The translations under genes were made by a program, and so were the position numbers. The notes beneath the pieces were generated by a model. That model had not been told where the DNA came from and ran no database searches. It saw only the letters and a list, made by a program, of their open reading frames with translations. Below are positions 26,954 to 41,460 of a stretch of 64,000 bases of DNA, one piece after another (positions within the stretch are counted from its first letter, which is position 1; each line of letters opens with the position of its first letter). The stretch comes from Octopus sinensis (taxonomy: Eukaryota), in assembly GCF_006345805.1 (NCBI RefSeq), contig NC_043011.1, positions 2,914,001 through 2,978,000 of the forward strand. Direction: 5' to 3'.

Positions 26954-28194
26954 TATTCGTTGTTATTTAATTCCACCAGACCTATTCCAACTGTGTGCAG
27001 GGAACCCAGTTATTATGACTGACTGAGTCAGTGCAGTAGTCGCAGTTGCTGTATTCTGTGACGGTGTCATGGCAACAGTGATTCTTTTTAATGTCGAAGT
27101 AATGGTGGTAGATAACTCACATAATAAATCTGGTTGGTAGTGGTTGCTCAGATTCTGCTATGATGTAGTGTAGCTCAAGAGAAAATTGCATAAAGCCACA
27201 ACAGAAAATTAATTAAATGTGATTTAATCTCATGCATTTCAAAAGTAAGATTATCTTGTCACCTAACTCCAAATCAATTGAGATATACACATATACTTAC
27301 ATATGTATATAATCAAATATATATATATATATATATAGAATATATATATATATATATATGTATAATATAGAATATATGTGTTATAATCAAATATGTACAT
27401 ATGCATGCACACACACACACACACACACGCACACACATATATATATATACAACATATATAAACTTTAGTTTTTGTTAACTTATTTTTGTTACATATAGAC
27501 TATACGATTTGCAGTCACATGTAGCTTTTAAAAGTGTGCATAATTACATACACACCAAACTGTACTAGATGGAAGCTTTTTGAAAAATGTGCCTGTCTTC
27601 TGAGGAATCAATTCAAGTAATATGAAGTGCCACTGAAACAAGCTTTCTATCAAAGATTGGTTTTCTCAAGAACTATATGCATTCGTTTGGACAATTTTTT
27701 CCTCTGTTTTCACTGTAAGGACTTTTATATGCATCTCTGCACATAGATTTTAACCTCTCCTATTCTTTGCTTCCTTTATTGTTAAAAAAGTTTTTATGAT
27801 ATATATTGTCTCCTTTATCCAGTATGAAAAGGATTTAGGAATAAATGTCCCTAGCAGGTCTACAAATCTATGCTTTAACCCAGCCTGCATGGCAAATAAG
27901 GTTAACACCCTGATTGTCTAAAAAAGGAGAGTAGATAGTTGTGTGTGGTCTATAAGAGGCAACATATAGTCCATAAAGTTGTGTATATTCATATATAGCC
28001 TATGAAGTTGCATATAGATTAAAATATTCTAAAATGTTTGCCAAGTTGTGGTTGTGTGGTAACGGGTTTGCTTTCCAACAGCAGGATTCTCAGTTCAGGC
28101 CTACCACTGCATGGCATCTTGGTCATGTGTCTTCTACCATAGCTCCAGGTTAACCAAATCCTTGTGAATGGATTTAGTAGACTGTAAAGTTGTT

Positions 28195-28457
28195 GGCATT
28201 TGGAAGGGCATCCAGCTGTAAAAAAAAACAGGCCAAAACTAACCTTGCCTGTGCTAGTGCCACGTAAAAAGCTCTGAGTCCACTCTGCAGAGTGGTTGGT
28301 ATTAGGAAGGGCATTCACACGTATAAATCCTGCTGAAACAGAGTAACAAATGGTAGCTTTTCTACCTGGCCAGCTCCTGTGAAATGTTCTACCCATCCAT
28401 GCATGCATTGAAGATGAACGTTAAATGATGATGATGATGATGATGATGATGGTGATG
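28195..28457 (+). mobile_element. SINE-D, decayed, preceded by a SINE-A-like head (28040-28190)
   Basis: Intra-window homology. Confidence 0.7.
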
Positions 28458-28494
<37 letters not shown>

Positions 28495-31400
28495 ATAAGA
28501 TGATATATATATATATAAGAAGGGAAAAAAAGGGATTAAGAAATCCAAGCAGATATCAATACAGCACTCAGTTTTAAATGAATTTGGTTAACTATATCCA
28601 ACAATCAGACACCAATAAATACAAGTAGAGTACTCATACAAGTTAATTCCTCAGGTATGACAAGAAGATCCAAATATAATTTAGAAGACTTTCGTATAGA
28701 GATAGAGAAAAATCACATCTTTAATTGTTTAATTCCCCATACAATGTCAACGATTGCTTCTGTTGTATCACCATTTTTAGATACAGAAAATATCATTGAA
28801 ATGAATATATCCAAAAATACATGTTGACATGACGATTTCAAGGCAGTCCAAAACTAGTTAAATTCAGAGTGAACTAAGAAAATGTCTCTAGTAAATGAAT
28901 GCATACAAAAAGAACTTTATGAAGAAATATATTCTAAGAAAAACCTTTTTAATATTCCACTTTTGGTGATGTAAGTGGATAATGAAAGAATAAAAAAGAA
29001 AGATATGAATTCTACATTACAACAATTACAAACATAGAAATTCTACATCATGACAATTAGTTATCTATCTATCAAATACGTTTTATTATATAATATAGGA
29101 AAAGCAATTATACTTAAGAATTGAAATATTTAAACACATTCCTAAATTTGTGACATTTCATTATAAAATTACCATTATTATTTAATACTAATAAAGAAGT
29201 AATTATATGATACTTTTCTTCAAGGCAAAGATCACATTTAGAATTGTCAATATTGTAAGATGGTGTGTAACTAATAATGGATCACTTTAAATCATACTCA
29301 ACGTTCTTACCTTTTAAATTCCAAATGCATTTGGAAATTCTGTAGAATTACCTTTTCTTCTGTACTTAAATGAATGAGAACGAATATGAAATCTAGATTT
29401 CCAAAGTGTAGCAGATGAACAAGGAATCATGATACTTATGATTCCTTGTTATTACCTTACATTGATACGCTATATCTTTCCTTAACCATCGATTTTCTAA
29501 AAGAAACAGGCGATTTTGTTTTTACAATTATACTGGCCTTTCTTCATTTGTATTTATAACTCATGGTTAAAAGAATTCCTGCTCATCCTCCTTTCAGATT
29601 CAGGTGTCAAAGCTGCAAGGGCTGTCATTTCTTTTCTTATTAAAACAATGAAAGGTTGTAACCTCTGATTTCTAATTCCAGTTTTCCACTGAAGACATTT
29701 GCTTGAGGTTGTCATTATGTGGTGTAGTGGGTTCAGTTATCTCTGGAATGAAGATAACTGATAGATGACTATTGCCAGTACACAGGTACAGCAGATCATA
29801 CGCATATACACTTGACAATTACTTCAACGCTGAACTTTATTAAATGACTAACCCTAATTGCTGAAGTTGCTGTTATTTAGCCCCAGATCAGGACTGGTTG
29901 AACAGACCTATGGTCAAAGACATTCCAGCTATGACATCCTATCCTTCTCTTGGGCATTTACACTTACATTATCCAATCCACCTCACCCTTTTCACATCAG
30001 TTGGGTGAAATTTAGTGGAAATTTTGCTCTTCAGCTAATTTCAGCAGGTTGAGTAACTACATGGCACGTGGATGCTCGTCTGCCATCATGTGATCTGTGG
30101 CCCAAAATACATGGCCTTCATTCCAAAGCAAGTCAGAGGTTTATAGAAAAAGTTTTGTCATTACATGGAATAATTACTTTCTCTGGCATTGTTTGCTTGT
30201 TTTTCTATTGATTTTTTGTATATTTTAATTAACAGAGGCAATTAAAGGCATTTTAATTGACTTCTCTATTGATATCTTTAAGCTGAGGAATTTCATGTGC
30301 ACTGTGGCTGTCATATTTATTTCACTAAGCTGAAATCAATCTTAAGGTAACTTTATATATAGATATTTTGTAAGAAATAAAACTAAAGTTTATCAAATCT
30401 TGACTTGATTTCCATTCTTAAAAGCTAATAGCATTCAGCTTTGATTTCTTAACCCACTTTGTAGAAAATTGGGTTAAACGAACTTAAACCTCAATGAAGG
30501 GTCATGTTGGGAAACGAAAATGTAAGAAAGGGAGATAAATGCGAGCGGGTAAATAAAAATGTAGGATGATAAAGAAAACGAAAAGAGAGATGAAGAAAAA
30601 AGGAGTTGAGTGAGAGGATGAGGGTGAAAAAGAGAGAGGAAAGGTAAAGAAAGAAGAGAAAAAGAAAGATGAATGAGAGAGAAGAGAAAATTATTTTATC
30701 AAAATCTTATTAGTTTCCAGCATGATTATCCTGGAGCTAAGAAATACTGCTTTTTTTCTTTTCTTCTTCTTCTTCTTCTTCTGGAAATGCTAATAAAGCA
30801 AGAAAGAATGATAGTTATTTCGACCCTTTCATCTGTTCACAGTATTAAAGGTCAAACTAATAATAATCCCTGCTATTTCTTGGAATTTATTTTTAGAATT
30901 CATATCCGTTGCTTTGATGTCTTTGTACTTTTTCTCATTCAAACAGATATGAAAGGGATTTTAATTTTGAGGATAATTCCATTTATAAATGTCTTTTATG
31001 CTATGGTTATGTATGTGTGCATGTGCATATGCATGCATGAATGTATTTACACACACACACACACACACAACTTATACAATTGTGTGTGTGAGACAAAGAG
31101 AGAAAGTGATTCCAAAAGAATCTACTACAAATTCTACAACAAAAGGATGATTTAACATTCAATATTTGTTTCTGTATTATTTCCTACTATCGGAAGATAA
31201 TGTAAACAATCTTAAGCTTTTATCCAACAGTCAACAATGGAAAAAAAAATTTATCAAATATGAGGAAATAAAGAAAGGTTCTTTTTCTCATGTCCTAAGT
31301 TTTCAAGAGTGTCATAGATTGCTATGTCAAGGCAGGCCCAAATTGACAGCCAAGGGATGTACTCATAAAGAAGCTAAGTACAGTAGGACACAGTCATCTA

Positions 31401-31516
31401 TCATTCATGAGTGAATATGGCTCAATAACATCTACCAGATAATTGGCTTTATAGGACTCAAAGGACTCAACAAGCTTTATGGAGGTGTGAGAGGGTACCA
31501 TGAAAAAATAAATTGT

Positions 31517-31924
31517 AGACGCAGGAGTGGCTGAGTTGTAAGTAGCTTGCTTACCAACCACATGGTTCCGGGTTCAGTCCCAATGTGTGGCATGTTGGGC
31601 AAGTGTCTTCTACTATAACCTCGGGCAGACCAAAGCCTTGTGAGTGGATTTGGTAGACGGAAACTGAAAAGAAGCCCGTCGTATATATGTATATATATAT
31701 ATGCATGTGTGTGTTTGTGTGTCTGTGTTTATCCTCCTAGCATTGCTTGACAACCGATGCTGGTGTGTTTATGTCCCCGTAACTTAGCAGTTCGGCAAAG
31801 GAGACTGATAGAATAAGTACTGGGCTTACAAAAGAATAAGTCCCGGGGACGAGTTGCTCGATTAAAGGCGGTGCTCCAGCATGACCGCAGTCAAATGACT
31901 GAAACAAGTAAAAGAGTAAGAGAG
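31517..31924 (+). mobile_element. SINE-A, full length
   Basis: Intra-window homology. Confidence 0.9.
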
Positions 31925-32471
31925 TTAATGTACACACACACACACACATAGAGTCATATTAAAAATCAGCAGCTAAGAGAACTATCTCAGAGTAGCCAGT
32001 GACATGAATTTGGATAATAAAAAGCCAAGAAAGGTATGCAAAATACCACACAAGATGAATTCGTCATTTAGTGACATTGTTTACATTTCAATAGAAAGTG
32101 AACAGCACCTAGCAGCAATTGCAAATGATTCTGAAATGGGAGGGTAGATAATCTGAAGTTATCAACATTCTCCATGATTCAAATGCCATTAAAGAAATGG
32201 CAGTGTGTTTTTATTCTAGAGACAAAAAGCCAGTTTGAAAATGCCATTGTCTGAGTGGCTATCATTTGTCATTCAGATTGCCCTACTTTGATCACCAGTC
32301 ATATGTAAGACTCAGAAGACTATATACAAAAAGAGTAGATAATGCTTATGACCTCCATTAATTGCATAATAAAAGCAAGTGGAATGAATTTGAATTATAG
32401 ATAATATGTACATATAGATAGATAGATAGATATAGATATATACATACATACATATACATATATATATATAT

Positions 32472-32610
32472 AGGCGCAGGCATGGCTGTGTGGTAGGAAG
32501 CTTGCTTCCCAACCACATGGTTCTGGGTTCAATCCCACTGTGTTGCACCTTGGGCAAGTGTCTTCTACTGTAGCCTCGGGCTGACCAAAGCCTTGTGAGG
32601 GGATTTAGTT
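32472..32610 (+). mobile_element. SINE-A head only
   Basis: Intra-window homology. Confidence 0.8.
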
Positions 32611-34967
32611 TCTTTCAGCTGATTATTAGACTATGCTTCTTTATTCAAGGTTCAGCCACTGACATTGTCTGAAGCAAACTAAGGGCATGTAAGGTTAGCT
32701 AGCGTTATATTTGGGAGGTGACTATAGATTTTGAATGCAAAGACTGTGAGAGGGAGATTTGGGAACCTGATACTGCTATGAGGTTGACTCTCTCCTGACT
32801 CCAGGGTTGAATTTCAAATTGAGAATACTAGACCTTTAATCAGGTCAAATTATATTTTTTTGAAAACTCTAGCCTTAAGTGGCTTAGTGAGTTTCAGATA
32901 TTGTGTACAATAGCTGGTCACTAATTCAGATATAATTTGAATATATATGTAGAACTTACTTGTGAGGCCAATTCAAACTTTTCTTTGTATAAATCAAGTT
33001 TTAATTTATATCTAGTTTCTTTGTCCTATACATGTAGCAAGAATTTTCAAATATATAGTTTTACTTATGGAGAATACTGATTACTACTTAATGTAGGCAA
33101 ACTACATATTATACTGTCATTTACTATGTAAACTTAGGCACCTCCAATTTAAGTGGTGCATACTTTATTAAAACCCCATTCTATGGGCATATTTGAATGC
33201 TTTTCTGTAAAGGTGCAGACATGTTGAAGACTGTTGTTGCCTACTGTTAAGCAACTGGTGTTTAAATGTGAAAATATGGAGTATTTCTTCTATGCATAAA
33301 TTGCATCTTTTTCCCTCACTTATTTCCCATTCTATATTAAAGTTAGTGTTTCTCTCCATAGGTAACTGGATGCAAATGCAATGGTGAGATGTCTCTACAG
33401 TAGAAACATGCATTAGATATATTTAATCAAATATTTTGTGTAATTGACTGTAGTAATAAAAAAAATATGATTATGCAAGTGTACTAATCTCAGTTGAGTA
33501 AAACATCCTGTATGTAACAGCTGCAGGAGGAGAGGACTACATTAGCACTGGGCTTGTATGTTATTTATAAATTCCCAAAAGGATGAATACAATGCTAACC
33601 TAAAGCAGATTTAAATTCTAAGTACAGAAAGCCACAACAAATAATAGTATAACACATGCTAAACAAGGCTCTAACAACACAGTCAATCAACAGCCTTATA
33701 CATACACACACACATCCATACACCCTCACACACACACACACGACAACAACAACAGGGGACATATACACATATGTATGTGTGTATGTGCTATGTTATACTA
33801 CAGATTATATCTAAAGGTATTTCCTGCACTGCATGCATTGACAGCTGCAAACAACTTGGCTTTATTAATCCAGATGTAGAGTTCACTGGAGAATTTTTTT
33901 ATTTTTAAATTTCAGTCAGAAGAGAAAGCAGTGCCCAAAACTCTTTGCATGTCCTTCAAAATTTATAAGATGCAGGCGGGTATTCTGAAAATAGAAGCCT
34001 TGCTCTGATGCTTGTTATGGTGGGACCTCTGCTACTCAGTTAAAGACAACTCAAGGTACTGGTTGGTTATGTGAAACTGGTTGCAGGATTTGAACTTATG
34101 ACACAAAATTCTGCAACAAATACCATAAGACACCCAGTCAGATGTTCTTACAGTTCCACCAACTCATCACCCTGAAATAGTTCTTGTTTCATTGACTCTG
34201 AAAGGATTGAAAACAAGATTAACTTTGTCAGGATTTGAACTCTCAGAATAGAGATTGAAAACAAATGCTAAAGGCATTTATCAGATATTTTAATGGCACA
34301 GCCACATCACTGCTTAGAGATATATTTCTTAATACAGTATAACACTGAAACAAAACACTGCTGACACACCAATAATATGTATGCATTTAAATACAACCAT
34401 GTGGTTAAGAAGTTTATTTTGCAACCACAGGTTTCAGGCTCATTCATATGACATGGTACTGAAGACTTCTACTATAGCCTCAGAGTAACCAACACCTTGA
34501 GAGTAGTATTGGTAGACAAAAACTGTAGGCAGCTCATCATATACAGGTGTGTGTGAGGGGAAGTGTTTTTATCTTACCATTGGCTTATTCTTTGTGCATT
34601 AGCTAAAAACAGTGATGTCTTCATTTATACAAATCTCCAGCAAAAACATGTCCAGCTTTAAATTGCTCATTATCTGAAGAACCAGAACAAATTTTACCCT
34701 ATTTGGAAACATGTCAGGGTTGTTAACAGAAGGAGCATGTGAGCATAGAAAACTGCCTTGAAGAGTTTTTTTCTGACCCATACCAGTTTGAAAAGTGGGT
34801 ATGATGATAGTTATGTAATCTAGCTAGCTAGTTATTTACACCCATCTGCCCACTCAAACACACAAGTGCACACACACACACACACACAAACACACGTGCA
34901 CACACACACATACATGCAGAAACACACACACTCACACACACACACATCTCTTTTCTCTTTTCCTCTT

Positions 34968-35164
34968 TTGCTTGTTTCAGTCATTTGACTGCGGCCATGC
35001 TGGAGCACCGCCTTTTAGTCGAGCAAATCGACCCCAGGACTTATTCTTTGTAAGTCTAGTACTTATTCTATCGTTCTCTTTTGCCGAACCGCTAAGTAAC
35101 GGGGACGTAAACATACCAGCATCGGTTGTCAAGCGATGTTGGGGGGACAAACACAGACACACAA

Positions 35165-35198
<34 letters not shown>

Positions 35199-35345
35199 GT
35201 ATATATACGACAGGCTTCTTTCAGTTTCCATCTACCACAAGGCTTTGGTCGGCCCGAGGCTATAATAGAAGACACTTTCCCAAGGTGCCACGCAGTGTGA
35301 CTGAACCCATGTGGTTGGTAAGCAAGCTACTTACCACACAGCCAC
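34968..35345 (-). mobile_element. SINE-A with internal deletions
   Basis: Intra-window homology. Confidence 0.85.
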
Positions 35346-35374
35346 ATATGTGTATATATATTATATATATATAA

Positions 35375-35510
35375 TTCAAAAATAAAAAAAAGAACATGTA
35401 GCATTAAAAAACAAATAAACAAGGTGTATAAGGTTGATGCTCTGAAAAATTGAAAGAAGGTTTTTACATTATGAGCCTATGCTCTTCTGTAGATGAGGAG
35501 AGAAAAAACA
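35375..35510 (-). mobile_element. Solo repeat related to 17237-17445, hammerhead core largely decayed
   Basis: Shares ttttacatt..gagcctatgctcttc with 17332-17357; next to a TA tract. Confidence 0.4.
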
Positions 35511-36200
35511 TTGTTTCCGAATAATGTTCCCCGCATGCTGAGGTGACAAACTGGCATATGTGTCTGACGAAGCACATGTGTGCCTGTGAAACTGAGGTGT
35601 GTGTGTGTGTGTGTGTGAGTACGTGTGTACGTGTGCATGCACATGAGCAAGCACATGTGTGTGCATATGAACCTGTATGTGAGTGTCTGCATATGTGCAT
35701 GTTTGTACAACCATGTATGTGTATGTCTATGAAGTAATACAAACATTAATACCCTGAATGTCTATGCACCTGTATATTTGTGTATGTGTGTGCGTATGTA
35801 TATGTGAGTATACGCACATACACACACACACACAATACACACAAACACTCACACACACACATATATATATAAACTAATTTGTTTGGCATAAGTGTGTATG
35901 CTGTGGAAAAAACGGAATCTAATGCTTGAGGTCTAACACTTCATCTGACAAAATATATCAGCAACTTCAAAAAATACCTATTTTTCTCTCAAACACAAAT
36001 GTCAAATTTCACTTCTTACAAGATATCTAGTTAACTAATCTCACAAACTTTGCTCTCTGTAGACACACACCAATGTCAGTTTTTTGGGGACTTTGTTTTT
36101 CAGATATATGATGCATCTATACAAACTTACAAATATATGCATTTGTGTGCCTCTGTGTGTGTGTATATGAATGTATATAGAAACATGGATATGTATACAT

Positions 36201-36587
36201 GGATGGAAGCACTCCGTCGGTTACGACGATGAGGGTTCTGGTTGATCCGAATCAACGGAACAGCCTGCTCGTGAAATTAACGTGTAAGTGGCTGAGCACT
36301 CCACAGACATGTGCACCCTTAACGTAGTTCTCGGGGATATTCAGCGTGACACAGAGAGTGACAAGGCCGGCCCCTTGAAATACAGGTACAACAGAAACAG
36401 GAAGTAAGAGTGAGAGAAAGTTGTGGTGAAAGAGTACAGCAGGGATCACCACCATCCCCTGCCAGAGCCTCGTGGAGCTTTTAGGTGTTTTCGCTCAATA
36501 AACACTCACAATGCCCGGTCTGGGAATCGAAACTGCGATCCTATGACCGCGAGTCCGCTGCCCTAACCACTGGGCCATTGCGCCTCC
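36201..36587 (-). mobile_element. SINE-B, tail type i, full length
   Basis: Homology to 50148-50534. Confidence 0.9.
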
Positions 36588-36621
36588 TATATGTATACAT
36601 ATGTGTATATAAATATATATA

Positions 36622-36858
36622 TCTGTTTCTTTACTACCCACAATGGGCTAAACGCGGAGGGGACAAACAAGGATAGACAAATGGATTAAGTCGAATACAT
36701 TGACCCCAGTGCGTAACTGGTACTTAATTTATCGACCCCGAAAGGATGAAAGGCAAAGTCGACCTCAGCGGAATTTCAACTCAGAACGTAACGGCAGATG
36801 AAACATCGCCAAGCATTTCGCCCGACGTGCTAACGTTTCTGCCAGCTCGCCGCCTTAT
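36622..36858 (-). mobile_element. SINE-C, full length
   Basis: Head aaggcggcgagctggcagaa; B-box-like gagttgaaattcc. Confidence 0.9.
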
Positions 36859-37059
36859 ATATCGTTGACCACGTACTCAATACATGTGTTTTGCTAATTT
36901 GCTGCAGTGCAGCACTCTGTAGACAACTCCATTATAGCTCTAGAGGTTAAAGCACCTGAAAGACATCTCACCTCCAGTCCCATCCAGGTGTGATAGATAC
37001 TGATTGTTTATTACCAATTTTGGTTTATCAACATCACATACATGAAACAAACTGGGGAA

Positions 37060-38106
37060 CAGTGGTGGGCACGGTTCCACTAATTCGCTAATCCACTAAC
37101 ATTTAGTGGATTAATGATTTTGTTAACTTTAGGAAACCATTAGCAGACCAATTAGCTTCCACTAACTCTAAGTCCACTAACAAAATTCATACATTTTTTC
37201 TTGCTTGTTGTGAGCATGTCTGAAAGAGTCTGTCAGGCATGCTATTCGCTGACCATGTGTCTATGTGACAAGATGTGATTGGTCAATGCAGCGGCAGCTA
37301 GCTGAGCAGCATTGGGTAGTTTTGCAGTTTTCAGTTGTGTTCACTTATGACGTTGTCACATTACAAACAGTCTTCCAATGTCAGCAACAGCAGTGTATGT
37401 TATCAGCTTATTGTTATGGAAGATGAAGATGCTTCTGTTTGGCCTGGGGATGAAGAGCCTGTTGAGGAACCTATGATGGATGTGGCTGAGGCAGAGGTCG
37501 CCATGGAGACCATCGTAGGGACAGCCCTAAGGGAAACCAATGAAGATGGCAGAAGCACCACCAACAATGAGGATGAGGAAGGGGATTTCTTCAGCAACAT
37601 CACTCAGTTCTGAGAGAATAGGAACCACAAGTGCAGAACTTGGTGAAGACCTGGCCGGAGGCTAGGTTGAGGTGATGGAGAAGGCCCAGTCAGAGTAGTA
37701 CTCCTGGATCACCATCTGATCTTGGCATGATAGCTATGCTATATCATACTTTTTTGATTTGTTTGATACTTTTTGTACAGTAAATATAGTGTATGTTGAC
37801 TGAGAAACTAGTGTTTAATTTCATTTGTTCATTTAAATATTTACATACACCTTGATCCCCATCTTATCTTGGCATGCTATACCTTGCTGGAAAACTCTAT
37901 GTCTAAGCTACAACATGAAAATTTCAGCTCACTGGGTCTGTTTTTAGGGGTTTTAGAGCCAAAAAAAACAAACTGAAACTAAATTCATATGATACAAGTT
38001 AGTAGTTATCATTTCATGTTAGCTGCAGCTAATTTCTTTTTACTGTTTTAGTTAGCAGATTGGCGATTAGCAAAACTAATTGTTTGGTTAGCTGTGCCCA
38101 CCACTA
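37060..38106. mobile_element. hAT-type non-autonomous element carrying an acidic ORF fragment (37335-37613)
   Basis: TIR (c/t)agtggtgggcac at both ends; 8-bp target-site duplication (TSD) ctggggaa/ctggggac; subterminal ctaa/ttag repeats. Confidence 0.85.
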
Positions 38107-38383
38107 CTGGGGACAAACTGAATCGTCAGCCAATGGCTTTATACAAATAATGTATAAACAATTTTCTGGTATACCATAACGATGTATTTTCAAGAATAAA
38201 TTCAATTATGAATCACACGTAGCGCTAGTGTTATAAACATTAGCAATTGCATGTTACTTAATGTATGTGCTTTGCTTGTTCACTGGTTTGCTGTGGTTTT
38301 CATGATGGAGATGATGTGATAGCTGCATTGGGTTGCTGATTTGATATCTTGATATGAATATAAAATTCTCAAAGGAAGTCTCG

Positions 38384-40975
38384 TGTAACCATGTGAAAAT
38401 CATGAGATGAAAGGTGAATGAGCTGACAATCATAAAAGGGGTGTTACTGCTACGAACAGCAGAATGCTACTAGGAACAGAATAGTGTGCTACTCAGAAAG
38501 AGAGCTGTGTAACTTGCACTTACGAACATTTAACATATCAGAGGACCACAGCTCTTTAACATCCTCCCTAAATGCCTGAGAGAGTTGCATGGTGTGGATG
38601 TGGGTTTCTTTAAAACTAAATTGGATCTCTTCTTGTCGGGGGTCCCAGATGAACCTACCTCACGACAGGAGACACAGATGTGGGCAGCAGCATCGAACTC
38701 CCTTGTTGACCAAGTGCCATGTATCAGAGGTGGATTCACATATTAGTGTAGCTCATTCAACGGTGGTGCCCCAGCATGGCCATGGCCTTCGGGCTAAAAC
38801 ATTTTTAAGGATTTAAGGATTTATATGTCCTATAAGTGTGAAACGCAAGACTTGGTAATGAGGATGACAACATTTAAACTTGAACAACTTGGAAAAAGCT
38901 GATGCCTGGCTGATACAGTTCGAAGCAAAAATTGAATGTGATGACATTAAAGATGTCAAAAAGAAGCCAACATGTCTTTCTACCTGCGAAGTTGAAGCCA
39001 TAATGAAGTTAAAAGATGCTCTTCTCCTGGTAAGCCTTCAGAATGCAACAGACCAGCAAATAATGAATGCGTTGCAACAGCTAATAAAGCTGAAGGAGAG
39101 ACTGTTAATTGGGAACAGATTAAAATTATTGGAACTGAAGCATCTAGAAAAGGAGTCAATCAGCAACTTCCTTCTTAGGATTAATTCTCAAGCTTCCTTC
39201 TGTCATTTGAATAGGCTGAAAGAAGATCTGGAAGAAGAAATCATGAAACTCATTTTCATCATGGGATTGTTGTCAGCAGAGATAAAGTTTAAAATTTTGG
39301 ATCAATTACGGTGTCATTCTAAGATAAAATATGCTGAAATAGCTGCTCTCGCATACACCATTGAATCAGAAACCCTGTCTGTGAGTTGTTACCAAACAAC
39401 AACAAATATTAATGTCAACAAGAATACCCCAAGTAGCAGTTTGTGGCATTGTAGCAAAATGTCAAAATTGTGGGCATACACACAAAGCTCGTGTGTGTCC
39501 GGCATATGGGAAAGATTGTAATAAGTATGGCAAATTAGGGCATTTTGCATAATTTTGCCTATCTAGAAACGATCACCGTGTAGACAACATAAATGTATCT
39601 CCAAGCGAGACTGGATCTGTCAATAGTTTGTTGCTAAACATGAACAACAATGAGAGCACAGACAACACATGTTTTTGCAAGTGCTTTATAAATAACATAC
39701 ATATGAGAGTGGATACTGGGGCAGCTTGTCCGATAGTCCTGTTACCGTTTGCTTCACAGTTAGGTATCTCAACTGAATCATGCCACAATAGATTAACCAC
39801 TCTTGAAGGTTCAGATCTAAACGTTGTTGGATCAATCCAAGTGATATTTAATCTCAACAACACCGTGTCATGAAAATTCATTGTGGTAAACAGCCTATAG
39901 TCTGTTAGGCTGATTGGAAAAGATATTAAAGGTAGTTTGTTTTGTTTCAATTTGAACGTGGATGTGTTCCCAGTTTTGTGGCCCGAGTTAACTGCTTGGA
40001 TGTGAGATATAACATGATGAGTTTAGCAAGTCACATTCCAGTACATTTGGAAAAAGAAGTTAAAGCTGAATTGAAGAGGTTCGAAATGATGGTTATCATT
40101 ACACCATCGGATTACTCTGGAGTCAGATGTGCCTCACCTGTGATATGGCTGAGGAAAAAAATGGATTATTTCACGTATGCACCAATTATGTGGCTTGCTG
40201 AAAGCACATATTAACACCTATTCTTTTCCCATGCTATCAATCGACACTATTTTTTTCTGGTATGTCAGATGCAAAATTTTTCTCCACTCTCAATTTAAAG
40301 CATGTGTATTGGCAAATACCTTTAGCAGTGGAAGCAAGGTGTATTTGCACTACTAATACAACCAATGGTCTCTACCTGGTTAACAGATTTCAGAATTGCA
40401 TGGAAACTCTACTAAAAGGGATCGCAGGAGTCAGGTTATACCAAGATGATATCCTCATCTATGCTAGTAGTGAAGCAAAACTGATGAGCAGAGAAAATGC
40501 AGTAGTTGCAAGGTTAACCAAGGTGCAGTTCTCCATTAATAAAGGAAAGTCATTAACCAGAAGAAATGAACATATCTGAAGAGGGTATTTCTCCATCACA
40601 GTAATTGGTAGCAAAACTAAAAGACATGCAAGTACCAAAATTGAAGGAAGATGTTGACAAACTGTTGACTTTGACAAATTACTACAGAAGATTTGTCCTG
40701 GTGAATGCTGAAAAAGTAGAACCACTCTTATCAGCTAGATCTAAAGAATTTAAATGGGGTAAACAGCAAGATAAGGCCTTCCATATGCTTATCACTCATC
40801 TTTCAGAGGCTCCAGTTTTGCAGCTGTACTCAATGGAGAATATGAGCACTCTCACTGTAGATGCATCTTCGATTGCAGCAGCTGGGGTGTTATCCCAGGA
40901 AGGATACTCAGTAGCATTCATAAGCCACACCTTTAGTCAGGTACAACGAAATTGGTCGAACAGAGAAAACTGAAC
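38384..40975 (+). mobile_element. Decayed Ty3/gypsy (Mag-like) LTR retrotransposon: putative 5' LTR, primer-binding-site-like tggtaatgagg (38853-63), gag with zinc knuckles, protease, RT, RNase H; integrase and 3' LTR missing
   Basis: Gag 38864-39570 including CQNCGHTH...CPAYGKDCNK.GKLGHFA; protease VDTGA; RT YQDDILI; RNase H TVDAS; many frameshifts and stops. LTR boundary is uncertain. Confidence 0.88.
38534..38823 (+). mobile_element. LINE 3' end (CR1/L2 group) with (TTTAAGGA)n tail, inserted in the putative gypsy LTR
   Basis: IRGPQLFNILPKCLREL...FFKTKLDLFLSGVPDEP...AAASNSLVDQ, stop at 38744-46, then short tandem tail. Confidence 0.75.
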
Positions 40976-41460
40976 GGGTCTAATTGGAACATCGTTAATC
41001 ACATGGCTTATCTTTTAATGTTGGCCTGGGGCTGAATGCCTACAACTATCCTTACTTCTATAAGCACAACTATGCAATTTCAATCATCACCGTTTGTCTC
41101 CCTACCATTCCTATCCTTATTAGGGTTGACATGGGGCTAAACAATCCCAACAAAATGCAAACCTCAGCCACCATCACCACTGTCACAACCACCTTCCTTT
41201 AATACTTCCCAGCACTACCACCGTTGCCACCAGTCTAAGCATTAACAGCTGAATCAGTAATGTTTTCATCTCAAAGCCAATACTTGTGTGCCTCTGTAGG
41301 AGTTAACAAGAGTACCTCAATATGATCCAGTAAAGATATCCCTTCTATTGTTGCTCAAATTGCTATAAAACGCAGTGAAATCACAATCACATTTGCCACC
41401 CTTAAAAGGAAAGGATACTTTAGATCGTTGATGCAATTTGTTGAAGGATCAAGGATGATT

